64,000 nt of DNA, taken from the NCBI RefSeq assembly GCF_006345805.1, contig NC_043013.1:19220001-19284000 (forward strand), given 5' to 3'. A program made the position numbers and the translations under genes. Source of the stretch: Octopus sinensis. Taxonomy: Eukaryota. Below, in pieces: positions 12,901-24,900 of this stretch. The notes below the pieces were generated by a model. That model saw nothing but the letters and a program-made list of their open reading frames with translations, made no database searches and was not told where the DNA came from. Each line of letters begins with the position of its first letter. Within the stretch, counting starts at the first letter, position 1.

Positions 12901-15900
12901 GTTCCTTTGTGACTCTTTGTTCTTTTGTGGGTATTGACTCTGTTGTGATTCTTTGTTCTGTTGTGATTCTTTGTTCTGTTGTGATTCTTTGTTCTGTTGT
13001 GGGTATTGGTTCTGTTGTGTGTATTTGTTTTGTTTTTGTTGTTTGTCCTGTTGTGTGTATTGGTTCTGTTGTGCTTTTCTGTTTTGCTTGGAGTATTGGT
13101 TCTGTTGTGGTTGTTTGTTCTGTTGTGGGTATTGGTTCTGCAGTGGTTGCTGGTTCTGTTGTGATTCTTTTTTCTGTCGTGGGTATTGGTTCTGTACTTG
13201 TTTCTGGTTCTGTTGTGGTTGTTTGTTCTGTTGTGGGTATTGGTTCTGTTGCGATTCTTTGTTCTGTTTTGGGTATTGTTTCTGCAGTGGTTTCTGGTTG
13301 TGTTGTGGCTGATTGTTCTGTTGTGGGTATTGGTTGTGTTTTGATTCTTTGTTCTGCTGTGGGTATTGGTTCTGTAGTGGTTGCTGTTTCCGTTGTTGTG
13401 TGTTCTGTTGTGGGTATTGGTTCTGTTGTTATTCTTTGTTCTGTTGTGAGTATTGGTTCTGTAGTGATTGCTGGTTCTGTTGTGGTTGTTTGTCTTGTTG
13501 TGGGTATTGGTTTTGTAGTGGTTGCTGGTTCTGTTTTGGTTGTTTGTTCTGTTTTGGGTATTCGTTCCGTAGTGTTTGTTGGTTCTCTCGTGGTTGTTTG
13601 TTCTGTTGTGGGTATTGGTTCTGTTGTGATTCTTTGTTCTTTTGTGGGTATTGGTTCTGTAGTGGTTTCTGGTTCTGTTTTGGTTGTTTGTTCTGTTGTG
13701 GGTGTTGGTTCTGTAGTGGTTGCTGGTTCCGTTGTGGTTGTTTGTTCTGTTGTGGGTATTGGTTCTGTGGTGATTCTTTGTTCTGTTGTGGGTATTGGTT
13801 CTGTAGTAGTGGTTGCTGCTTCTGTTGAGGTTGTTTGTTCTGTTGTGGGTATTGGTTCAGTAGTGGTTGTTGGTTCTGGTTGTGTTTTGATTATTTGTTC
13901 TGCTGTGGGTATTGGTTCTGTTGTGGTTGCTGGTTCCATTGTTGTTGTCTGTTCTGTTGTGGGTATTGGTTCTGTTGTTATTCTTTGTTCTGTTGTGAGT
14001 ATCGGTTCTGTAGTGGTTGCTGGTTCTGTTGTGATTGTTTGTTCTGTTGTGGTTGCTGGTTCTGTTGTGGGCATTGGTTCTGTTGTGGTTGCATGTTCTG
14101 TTGTGGTTGCATGTTCAGTGGTGGGTATTGGTTCTGTTGTGATTCTTTTTTCTGTTGTGGGTATCGGTTCTGTAGTGGTTGCTGGTTCCGTTAGGGTTGT
14201 TTGCTCTGTTTTGGGTATTGGTTCTGTAGTTATTGTTGGTTCTGTTCTGGTTGTTTGTTCTGTTGTCGGTATTGGTTCTGTTGTGATTTTTTGTTCTGTT
14301 GTGATTCTTTGTTCTGTTGTGGTTAATGGTTCTGTAGTGGTTGCTGGTTCCGTTGTGGTTGTTTGTTCTGTTGTGGGTATTGGTTCTGTTGTTATTCTTT
14401 GTTCTGTTGTGAGTATTGGTTTTGTAGTGGTTTCTGGTTCTGTTGTGGTTGTTTGTTCTGTTGTGGGTGTTGGTTCTGTAGTGGTTGCTGGTTCTGTTGT
14501 GGTTGTTTGTTCTGTTGTGGGTACTGATTCTGTTGTGATTATTTGTTCTGTTGTGTGTATAGGTTCTGTAGTGGTTGCTGGTTCTGTTGTGGTTGTTTGT
14601 TCTGTTGTGGGTTTTGGTTCTGTAGTGGTTGCTGGTTCTGTTGTGGTTTTTTGTTCTGTTGTGGGTATTGGTTCTGTTATGATTCTTTGTTCTATTGTGG
14701 GTATTTGTTCTGTTGTGGTTTTTTGTTCTGTTGTGGGTATTGGTTCTGTTGTGATTCTTTGTTCTGTTGTGGATATTGGTTCTGTAGTGGTTGCTGGTTC
14801 TGTTGTGGTTGTTTGTTCTGTTGTGGGTATTGGTTCTGTACTGGTTTCTGGTTCTGTTGTGGTTGTTTGTTCTGTTGGGGTATTGGTTCTGTTGTTATTC
14901 TTTGTTCTGTTGTGAGTATCGGTTCTGTAGTGGTTGCTGGTTCTGTTGTGATTGTTTGTTCTGTTGTGGTTGCTGGTTCTGTTGTGGGCATTGGTTCTGT
15001 TGTGGTTGCTGGTTCCATTGTTGTTGTCTGTTCTGTTGTGGTTGCATGTTCAGTGGTGGGTATTGGTTCTGTTGTGGTTGTTTGTTCTGTTGTGATTCTT
15101 TTTTCTGTTGTGGGTATTGGTTCTGTAGTGGTTGCTGGTTCCGTTAGGGTTGTTTGCTCTGTTTTGGGTATTGGTTCTGTAGTTATTGTTGGTTCTGTTC
15201 TGGTTGTTTGTTCTGTTGTCGGTATTGGTTCTGTTGTGATTTTTTGTTCTGTTGTGGTTTTTTGTTCTGTTGTGGTTAATGGTTCTGTAGTGGTTGCTGG
15301 TTCCGTTGTGGTTGTTTGTTCTGTTGTGGGTATTGGTTCTGTTGTTATTCTTTGTTCTGTTTTGGGTATTGGTTCTGTAGTGGTTTCTGGTTCTGTTGTG
15401 GTTGCTGGTTCTGTTGTGGTTGTTTGTTCTGTTGTGGGTGTTGGTTCTGTAGTGGTTGCTGTTCTGTTGTGGTTGTTTGTTTGTTCTGTTGTGGGTACTG
15501 ATTCTGTTGTGATTATTTGTTCTGTTGTGTGTATAGGTTCTGTAGTGGTTGCTGGTTCTGTTGTGGTTGTTTGTTCTGTTGTGGGTTTTGGTTCTGTAGT
15601 GGTTGCTGGTTCTGTTGTGGTTTTTTGTTCTGTTGTGGGTATTGGTTCTGTTATGATTCTTTGTTCTATTGTGGGTATTTGTTCTGTTGTGGTTTTTTGT
15701 TCTGTTGTGGGTATTGGTTCTGTTGTGATTCTTTGTTCTGTTGTGGGTATTGGTTCTGTAGTGGTTGCTGGTTCTGTTGTGGTTGTTGTTCTGTTGTGGG
15801 TTTTGGTTCTGTAGTGGTTGCTGTTCTGTTGTGGTTGCTGGTTCTGTTGTGGTTGTTTGTTCTGTTGTGGGTATTGGTTCTGTTGTGATTCTTTGTTCTG

Positions 15901-18900
15901 TTGTGGTTATTGGTTCCGTAGTGGTTTCTGGTTCTGTTGTGGTTGTTTGTTCTGTTGTGCGTGTTGGTCCTGTAGTGGTTGCTGGTTCTCTTGTGGTTGT
16001 TTGTTCGGTTGTGGCAATTGGTGCTGTTGTGATTGTTTGTTTTGTTGTGGCTATTGGTTCTGTAGTGTTACCTGGTTCTGTTGTGATTCTTTTTTCTGTT
16101 GTGGGTATTGGTTCTTTTGTGATTGTTTGTTCTGTTGTGGGTATTTGTTCTGTTGTGGTTGCTGGTTCCGTTGTGATTCTCTTTTCAGTTGTGGGTATTG
16201 GTTCTGTTCTGATTGTTCGTTCTGTTGTGGGTATTGGTTCTATAGTGGTTGCTGGTTCCGTTGTGCTTGTTTGTTCTGTTGTGGGTATTGATTCTGTTGT
16301 GATTCGTTGTTCTGTTATGGGTATTAGTTCCGTAGTGGTTGCTGGTTCTGTTGTGGGTATTGGTTCTGTTGTGATTCTTTGTTCTTTTGTGGATATTGGT
16401 TCTGTTGTGATTGTTTTTTCTGTTGTGGATATTGATTGTGTTGTGATTCTTTGGTCTGTTTTGGGTATTGGTTCCGTAGTGGCTGTTGGTTCTGTTGTGG
16501 GTCTTTCTTCTGTTGTGTGTATTGGTTCTTTTGTGATTCTTTGTTCTTTTGTGCGTATTGGTTGTGTCTTGGTTGCTTGTTCTGTTGTGGTTGTTTGTTC
16601 TGTTGAGGGCATTGCTTCTGTTGTGGTTGCTGGTTCTGTTGTGGTTGCTGGTTCCGTTGTAGATGTTTGTTCTTTTGTGGATATTGGTTCTGTTGTGATT
16701 GTTTGTTCTGTTGTGGGTATTGGTTCTGTAGTGGTTGCTGGTTCTGTTGTGATTCTTTGTTCTGTTGTGGGTATTGGTTCAGTTGTGATTCTCTGTTCTG
16801 TAGTGGTTGCTGGTTCTGTTGTGGTTGCTGGTTCCGTTGTGGTTGTTTGTTCTGTTGTGATTCTTTGTTTTGTTGTGGGTATTGGTTCTGTTTTGATTCT
16901 TTGTTTTGTTGTGGGTATTGGTTCTGTTGTGGTTGCTGGTCCCGTTGTGGTTGTTTGTTCTGTTGTAGGTATTGGTTCTGTTGTGGTTGCTTGTTCTGTT
17001 GTGGTTGTTTGTTCTGTTGTGGGTATTTTTTCTGTTGTGATTCTTTGTTCTGTTGTAGGTATTGGTTCTCTAGTGGTTGCGGGTTCTGTTGTGGCTCTTT
17101 GTTCTGTTGTGTGTATTGGTTCTGTTGTGAGTCTTTCTTCTGTTGTGGGAATTGGTTCTGTAGTGTTTGCTGGTTCTATTGTGATTGTTTGTTTTGTTGT
17201 GGATATTTGTTCTGTTGTGGTTGCTGGTTCCGTTGTGGCTGTTTGTTCTGTTGTGGGTATTGGTTCTGTTGTGATTCTTTGTTCTATTGTGGGTATTGGT
17301 TCTGTTGGTTCTTTTGTGATTCTTTGTTCTGTGTGGGTATTGGTTCTGTAGTGGTTGCTGGTTCCGTTGTGGATGTTTGTTCTTTTGTGGATATTGGTTC
17401 TGTTGTGATTGTTTGTTCTGTTGTGGGTATTGGTTCTGTAGTGGTTGCTGGTTCTGTTGTGGTTGTTTGTTCTGTTGTGGGTATTGGTTCAGTTGTGATT
17501 CTGTGTTCTCTAGTGGTTGCTGGTTCTGTTGTGGTTGTTTGTTCTGTTGTGGGTATTGGTTCAGTTGTGATTCTCTGTTCTGTAGTGGTTGCTGGTTCTG
17601 TTGTGGTTGCTGGTTCCGTTGTGGTTGTTTGTTCTGTTGTGATTCTTTGTTTTATTGTGGGAATTGGTTTTGTTGTGATTTTTTGTTTTGTTGTGGGTAT
17701 TGGTTCTGTTGTGGTTGCTGGTCCCATTGTGGTTGTTTGTTCTGTTGTGGGTATTGGTTCTGTTGTGGTTGCTTGTTCTGTTGTGGTTGTTTGTTCTGTT
17801 GTGGGTATTGGTTCTGTTGTGATTCTTTGTTCTGTTGTAGGTATTGGTTCTCTAGTGGTTGCGGGTTCTGTTGTGGCTCTTTGTTCTGTTGTGTGTATTG
17901 GTTCTGTTGTGAGTCTTTGTTCTGTTGTGGGAACTGGTTCTGTAGTGTTTGCTGGTTCTATTGTGATCGTTTGTTTTGTTGTGGATATTTGTTCTGTTGT
18001 GGTTGCTGGTTCCGTTGTGGCTGTTTGTTCTGTTGTGGGTATTGGTTCTGTTGTGATTCTTTGTTCTATTGTGGGTATTGGTTCTGTTGTGATTCTTTGT
18101 TCTGTTGTGGGTATTGGTTCTGTAGTGGTTGCTGGTTCCGTTGTGGATGTTTGTTCTTTTGTGGATATTGGTTCTGTTGTGATTGTTTGTTCTGTTGTGG
18201 GTATTGGTTCTGTAGTGGTTGCTGGTTCTGTTGTGGTTGTTTGTTCTGTTGTGGGTATTGGTTCAGTTGTGATTCTGTGTTCTCTAGTGGTTGCTGGTTC
18301 TGTTGTGGTTGTTTGTTCTGTTGTGGGTATTGGTTCAGTTGTGATTCTCTGTTCTGTAGTGGTTGCTGGTTCTGTTGTTGTGGTTGCTGGTTCGTTGTGG
18401 TTGTTTGTTCTGTTGTGATTCTTTGTTTTATTGTGGGAATTGGTTTTGTTGTGATTTTTTGTTTTGTTGTGGGTATTGGTTCTGTTGTGGTTGCTGGTCC
18501 CATTGTGGTTGTTTGTTCTGTTGTGGGTATTGGTTCTGTTGTGGTTGCTTGTTCTGTTGTGGTTGTTTGTTCTGTTGTGGGTATTGGTTCTGTTGTGATT
18601 CTTTGTTCTGTTGTAGGTATTGGTTCTCTAGTGGTTGCGGGTTCTGTTGTGGCTCTTTGTTCTGTTGTGTGTATTGGTTCTGTTGTGAGTCTTTGTTCTG
18701 TTGTGGGAACTGGTTCTGTAGTGTTTGCTGGTTCTATTGTGATCGTTTGTTTTGTTGTGGATATTTGTTCTGTTGTGGTTGCTGGTTCGTTGTGGCTGTT
18801 TGTTCTGTTGTGGGTATGGTTCTGTGTGTGATTCTTGTTCTATTGTGGGTATTGGTTCTGTTGTGATTGTTTGTTCTGTTGTGGGTATTGGTTCTGTAGT

Positions 18901-21900
18901 GGTTGCTTGTTCTGTTGTGGTTGTTTGTTCTGTTGTGGGTATTGGTTCAGTTGTGATTCTCTGTTCTGTAGTTGTTGCTGGTTCTGTTGTGGTTGCTGGT
19001 TCCGTTGTGGTTGTTTGTTCCGTTGTGATTCTTTGTTTTGTTGTGGGTATTGGTTCTGTTTTGATTCTTTGTTTTGTTGTGGGTATTGGTTCTGTTGTGG
19101 TTGCTGGTCCCGTTGTTGTTGTTTGTTCTGTTGTGGGTATTGGTTCTGTTGTGATTCTTTGTTTTGTAGTTGTTGCTGGTTCTGTTGTTTCTGTTTGTGC
19201 TGTTGTGGGTGTTTGTTCTGTAGTGGGTATTGGTTGTGTTGTGGTTGCTGGTTCTGTTGTGGTTGTTGTGATTGTTGGTTCTGTTGCGGCTCTGGATTCC
19301 GTAATGGTTTTTGGCTCTTTTGTGCTCGTCGCCTCTGTAGTTATAGTTGGCTTTGTTATATTCATTGATGCTGCTGTAACTGTTGAATCTCTTGTCGTTG
19401 TTGGTGCTTTTGTAGTTGTTGGTTTTGCTGTAGTTCTTGCTGTTTTTCTAGCTGTTGTTGGTCTTGTTGTGGTTGTTTCTTCTCCTGCCTTAGGTTCCGT
19501 TGTCCTTGTGGGTTCTGAGATTGTTGTTGGTTTTGTTGTGGTTGTTGGTAGTGCTGTGGTTGTTGGTTTTGCTGTGGCTGTATCATTCGCTGTGGCGATT
19601 GGTTCTGTTGTTGCTGTTACTTCTGATGTGGTTGTTTGTTCTCTTGTAGTTTTTGGTTTAGTTGTGGTTGTGTGTTCGGTAGAGGTTGTTGCTTTTGCTG
19701 CGCTTGTTGGTTCTGCTGTGACTGTTGATTTTGTTGTAGTTGTTAGTTTAGTTATGGCTGTTGGCTCTGTTGTGGATAGTGATTTTTCTGAGGCTGTTGG
19801 TTCTGTTGTGGTTGTGGGTTCTCTGGCAGTTGTTGGTTCTGTTGTGGTTATTTGTTCTGTTATGGTTGCGTCCTTTGTTGTGGTTGTTGCTTCTGTTGTG
19901 GGTGTTAGTTTCGCTGCGGTACTTGGTTTTGTTGTGGTTTCTGTTGTGGTTGCTAGTTCTGTTGTGATTATTGGCTCTGTTGTGGTTGTGAACTTTGTAT
20001 TGGTTGTTGGGTTTGTTATGGTCGTTGGTGTTGCTGTGGCTGTTGGTTTTTGTGCTGTTGTGGGCTCTGTTGTTTGTGATGTTTGCTCTGTAGTTGTTGT
20101 TGGTTCTGTTGTAGCTGGTTTTGCTATTGTCATTGGTTCTGTTGTGGTTGTTTGCTCTGTTTTAGCTGTTGTAGTTTTTGATTTCGGTGTTGTTATTGAT
20201 TGTTCTGTGATTGTGGGTTCTCTTGTAGGTGCTTGCTCTGTCGTAGTTGATCTTTGTTTCGTTGCGGTTGTTGGTTTCGGTGTGGTTGTTGGTCCACTTA
20301 TTGTTGTTGGTTTTGTGGCTTTTGGATATGACATGGCTGTTCTTTCTGTTCCGGTTGCTGTTGGTTCCGTTGTGGTTGTTGCTGGTTCTGCTGTGGTTGT
20401 TGGTTCTGTTGCAAATGTTGGCTCTGTAGTGGTTCTTGGTCTTGTTGACATTTTTGTTTTTGTTGTAGTTGTTGGTCTTATTGTGGTTGATGGTTTTTTT
20501 GTGGTTGTCGGTTGTATTGTGCTTACTGATTCTGTAGTCGCTGTTGTTGTTTTAGTTGTAGTTGTTGGTTGTGTTGCGGGTGTTGCTTCTGTAGTGGTTG
20601 TTGGTTTTGTTCTAGTTGCTGTTTTTGTTGTTGCTGTTGGTTTTGTTGTGGCAGCTGATTCTGTTGTGGGTGTTGTTTCTGTTGTTGCTATCGGTTCTGT
20701 TGAGGTTGTTGGCTCTGCTATGGTTGTTGGTTCTGTTGTAATTGTTGGTTCTGTGGGTGTCTTTGGTTCCGTTGTTGTTGTTGGCGCTGATGTAGGTGTT
20801 TGTTTCATTGTTGGTGTTGACTTTGTTGTGTTTGTTATTTGTTCCATTGTCGTCGTTGGATTCGTTGTGGTTGTTGAATCTGTTGTGGTTTTTGCCTGTT
20901 TTGTTATTAAAATCTTTTCTGTTGTGATTGTTGTTGGTTGTGTTTTGGTTGTTGCTTCGTTTGTTGCTGCTTCTGTTATACTTGCTGTTTCTGTTGTAGT
21001 TGTTGTTTCTGTTGTGGCTATTGGTTCCGTTGTGGTTGTTAATTTTGCAGTGCTTGTTGGTTCTGTTGTGCTTCTTGTTGGTTCTAGTATGGTGGTTTGT
21101 TCTGTTGTTGCTGGTTTTGTTGTGATTGTTGTAAATTCTTTTGTTGTTGTTGGTTCTCCTTTGGTTGATAATTCTGTGGCTGTTGTTCGATTTGATACGG
21201 CTGCTGGTTCTGTTATAGTTGTTGGTTCAGTTGTGATTGCCGTTGGTTTTGTTGTAGTTGTTTCTTTTGTTGTGGTTATTTGCTCTGTTGCATTTTTTGT
21301 TGCTTTTGTTGTTGTTGTTGCTGTTGGTTTTGAGGTGGTTGTTCCTTCTGCTGTGATTCTTGTTTGTCCTATTATAGTTCTTGTTAGGCCTGTAGTGGTT
21401 GTTGCCTCTGTAGCGAACGGTAGCTCTGTAGTGGTTGCTGGTTCCTTTGAGGTTGTTGGTTTTGTTGCGACTGATGATACTCTTGTGGTTGGTGCTTGTT
21501 TTGCTGTGATTGTTGTTAGTTCTATTGTGGTTGTTGTTGATTCTGCAGAGGTTGTTGTTGGTTCGGTTGTGGCTGTTGGTTTCTTTGTGGTTGTGGTTGG
21601 TTGTGTTGTAATTGATGGTTCTGTTGTTGTTGTTGTTGGCTTTGGTGTGGCTGCTGTTGGTTGTGTTAGGGTTGCTGCTTCTATCGTGGTTGTTGATATT
21701 TCTGCTGTGGTTCTTTGCTCTGTTGTCAATTTTGGTTTCGTTGTGGTTGTTTGTTTTGTAATAGTTGTTGGTCGTGTAGTGGTTGTTGTTTCTGTTGTGG
21801 CTGTTTTTGGTGCTGTCATGAATGTTGGTTCTTGTGTAGTTATTGGTCTTGTAGTGGTTGTTGATCGCTTAGTTGTAGTTCTTGTTGGTTTTGTAGTAGC

Positions 21901-24900
21901 TGTTGTTTCTATTGGAGTTGTTTCAGTTGTAGCAGTTGGTTTTGTGGTGGTTGTAGTTTTTGTTGTGGTTGTAGTTTTCGGTGTGGTCGTTGGTTCTAAT
22001 GTGGTTGTTGTTGATTCAAATGTAGTCGTTGGCATGCTTGTAGTTGTTTGTTTTGATGCGGTGGTTGGTTCTGTTACAGTCGTTGGTTTTGTTGTGATTG
22101 CTGGTTCTCTAGTGGTTGCTATAAGTTTTGTTGTGGTTGTTGTTTGTGTTGTTGTTGTTGTTGTTGTTGGTTCTGTTGTCGTTGTTTCAGGTTCTGTTGT
22201 GGTTGTTGTATGTTTTGTTGTTGTTGTTTGTGTTGTTGTTGTTGGTTCTGTTGTAGTTGTTGCAGGTTCTGTTGTGGTTGCTGGTTCTGCTGTAGTTGTT
22301 GGTTCTGTTTTGGTTGCAGTTTCTGTTGTGGTTGTTGGTTTCTTTTCTGTGGTTGTTGATTTGTTTGTTGTTGTGGTTGTGGTTGGTTCTGTTACGGTTG
22401 TTTTTTCTGATGTAGTTGTTGTTGGTTCTGTTGTAGTTGTTGGCTTTGTTGTGGTCGTTGGTTTTGTTGATTTTATTGGTTTAGTTGCTGTTTTATTGTT
22501 TTGTCTTGTGATTGCTGGTTCTCTAGTGGTTGCTATAAGTTTTGTTGTGGTTGTTGTTTGTGTTGTTGTTGTTGTTGTTGTTGGTTCTGTTGTCGTTGTT
22601 TCAGGTTCTGTTGTGGTTGTTGTATGTTTTGTTGTTGTTGTTTGTGTTGTTGTTGTTGGTTCTGTTGTAGTTGTTGCAGGTTCTGTTGTGGTTGCTGGTT
22701 CTGCTGTAGTTGTTGGTTCTGTTTTGGTTGCAGTTTCTGTTGTGGTTGTTGTTGGTTCTGTTACGGTTGTTTTTTCTGATGTAGTTGTTGTTGGTTCTGT
22801 TTTGGTTGCAGTTTCTGTTGTGGTTGTTGTTGTTGGTTCTGTTACGGTTGTTTTTTCTGATGTAGTTGTTGTTGGTTCTGTTGTAGTTGTTGGCTTTGTT
22901 GTGGTCGTTGGTTTTGTTGATTTTATTGGTTTAGTTGCTGTTTTATTGTTTTGTCTTGTGATTGCTGGTTCTGTTGTAGATCTTGTTAGTTCTGTAAGGA
23001 ATGGTTGCTTTGTCATGTTTGTCGTGTTTGTTGTAGTTGTAAGCTTTGTTGCAGTTGTGGGTTTCGTTATTTCTATGGGTTCTGTTGTGGTTTTTGGTTT
23101 TGCTGTGGTGATTGTAGTTGGTTCTGTTTTTGTTGTTCTTGGTTCGGTTGCGGTTGTTGCATTTGTTATTGTTGTGCGTGTTGCCAAAGAGTTTGTGCTT
23201 GTTGTTGGTTCTATTGTGGCTGATGTTGTAGTTGTTGGTTCTGTGGTAATTATTTTTGACGGTACTCTAGTTGTGCTTAATTCTGTATGTTCCACTGTTG
23301 TTGTTTCTGCTGTGGCAGGTTGTGGGACTATTCTCGTTGTTGCTATTGTTTCTGTTGTAATCGTTGAGGCTGGTTCTGTTGTGATCGTTCTTGTAGGCTT
23401 CGTTGTGTTTGTTGTTGGAAGTACCGCTGTAGTTATCGTTGGTACTCTTGTGGTTGTTGTTGGTATTGTTGTTGTCGTTTCTGGTGTTGATACTGTGGTT
23501 GTTGCTATTGGTAATGCTGTGCTTGTTGATGGTATTCTAGTTGTCGTTGTGGGTACTGTTGTGATTGTTCTAGGCTCCAGTATCGTTGTCATTTGACCTG
23601 TTGTGTTTGTTGCGCGTTCTGTTGTGATTTTTGTTGTTGCTTTTGGTCCTGTTGTGGTTGTTCTTTCTGTCGTCGTGTTTGCTAGCACTGCAGTGGTTTT
23701 TGTGGCTGGAATTATTGTGGTAGTTGTTGGTTCTGTTGTGATTGTTGTTGATGGTACGTTTGTGATACCTGTCAGGGATCCAGTTGTGTTAACTGGCACA
23801 TCTGTTGTGCTTTTTATTGGTAATTTTGTTGTTGTTATTGTTGGTACTACTGTGGTTGCTGTGGTTGCCAATTCTATTGTTGTTGGTTTCGCTTCGGCTG
23901 TTGTTGGTAATGTTGTTGGCACTGTCGTGGTTGTTGCTGTTTGTTCTGTTGTAATCATTGACGCTTCTGCTGGCGTTTTTGTTGACAATTTTGTAGCTGT
24001 TGTTGTTGTTTCTGCTGTGGATGCAATTGGTATGGTTGCATTTGTTGTTCGTCCCGTTGTTATTGGTTCTGTTGTGGAGGTTGTTGGTTGTGATCTAGTT
24101 GTTAATGGTTTCGTTTTGGTTGTTGTCGTTGGTACTGTTTCAGAAGTTGATGTTCGTTCTGTTGCTGGGGTTACTGTTAAAATGCTTATTGGCAATGTTG
24201 TTGTCGTCGATTCCGATTCCATTGTTGTTGTAGGCACTGTTGTCGACATTGTTGCCTCTGCTGTACTTGTTATAGTTGGTACTTCGGCAGATGTGGTTGT
24301 TGGAAGAGTTTTGCTAATTGTAATTGGCACAGTTTTTGTTGTTGGCGTTGTTACTGTTGTAGACGTGGTATATTCTGTTGTGTTTGTAGTCGGTATTGCT
24401 GTGGTTGTTGGTTCTGTTATGGTTCCTGTTCCCAGTTCTGTTGTGGTTTTTATTTCCGTTACTGTTTTGTTTGCTGTAGGAAACTTAGTGTTTGTTGCTG
24501 TTGCAGTGGTCGGTAGTGCTGCCGTTGCAGTGGTTGGTACATTTGTGATTGTTGCATTTGCGTCTGTTCTGATCGACGTTTTTGATTCAGCAGCGGTTAT
24601 TGTTGGTTCTGCTTTGCTAGTGGTTGTTGATTCAATTGCAGTCCTTGTTTGTGATAATGTTGTTTTTGGTAATGTTGTGGTTGTTGTCGTGGCTACAATT
24701 GTTGCTGTTGTGGGTACAGTTGTTGAGGTTGTCGGTGCTATTGTAGTTGATGCCACAGGTACTGTTGTAGTAGTTTTGTTTGTTATAGGTACTGTTTGTC
24801 TAGTTGTTGTTCCGGGTCTTGCTGTGCTCGATATTTGCTCTGCGGCACCTGTTGATGGTAATGTGTTGGTTCTCGCAGGGGTTCTTGAAGCTGGCACATT

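Larger units (their letters stand above)
9735..19255 (-). repeat. 18-nt coding repeat with higher-order cycle EPATTT-EPIPTT-EQTTTT / EQRITT
   Basis: Recurrent plus-strand motifs ggttctgtagtggttgct, ggttctgttgtgggtatt and tgttctgttgtgattctt; EQRITT occurs three times in tandem at ~12045-12100. Confidence 0.9.
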
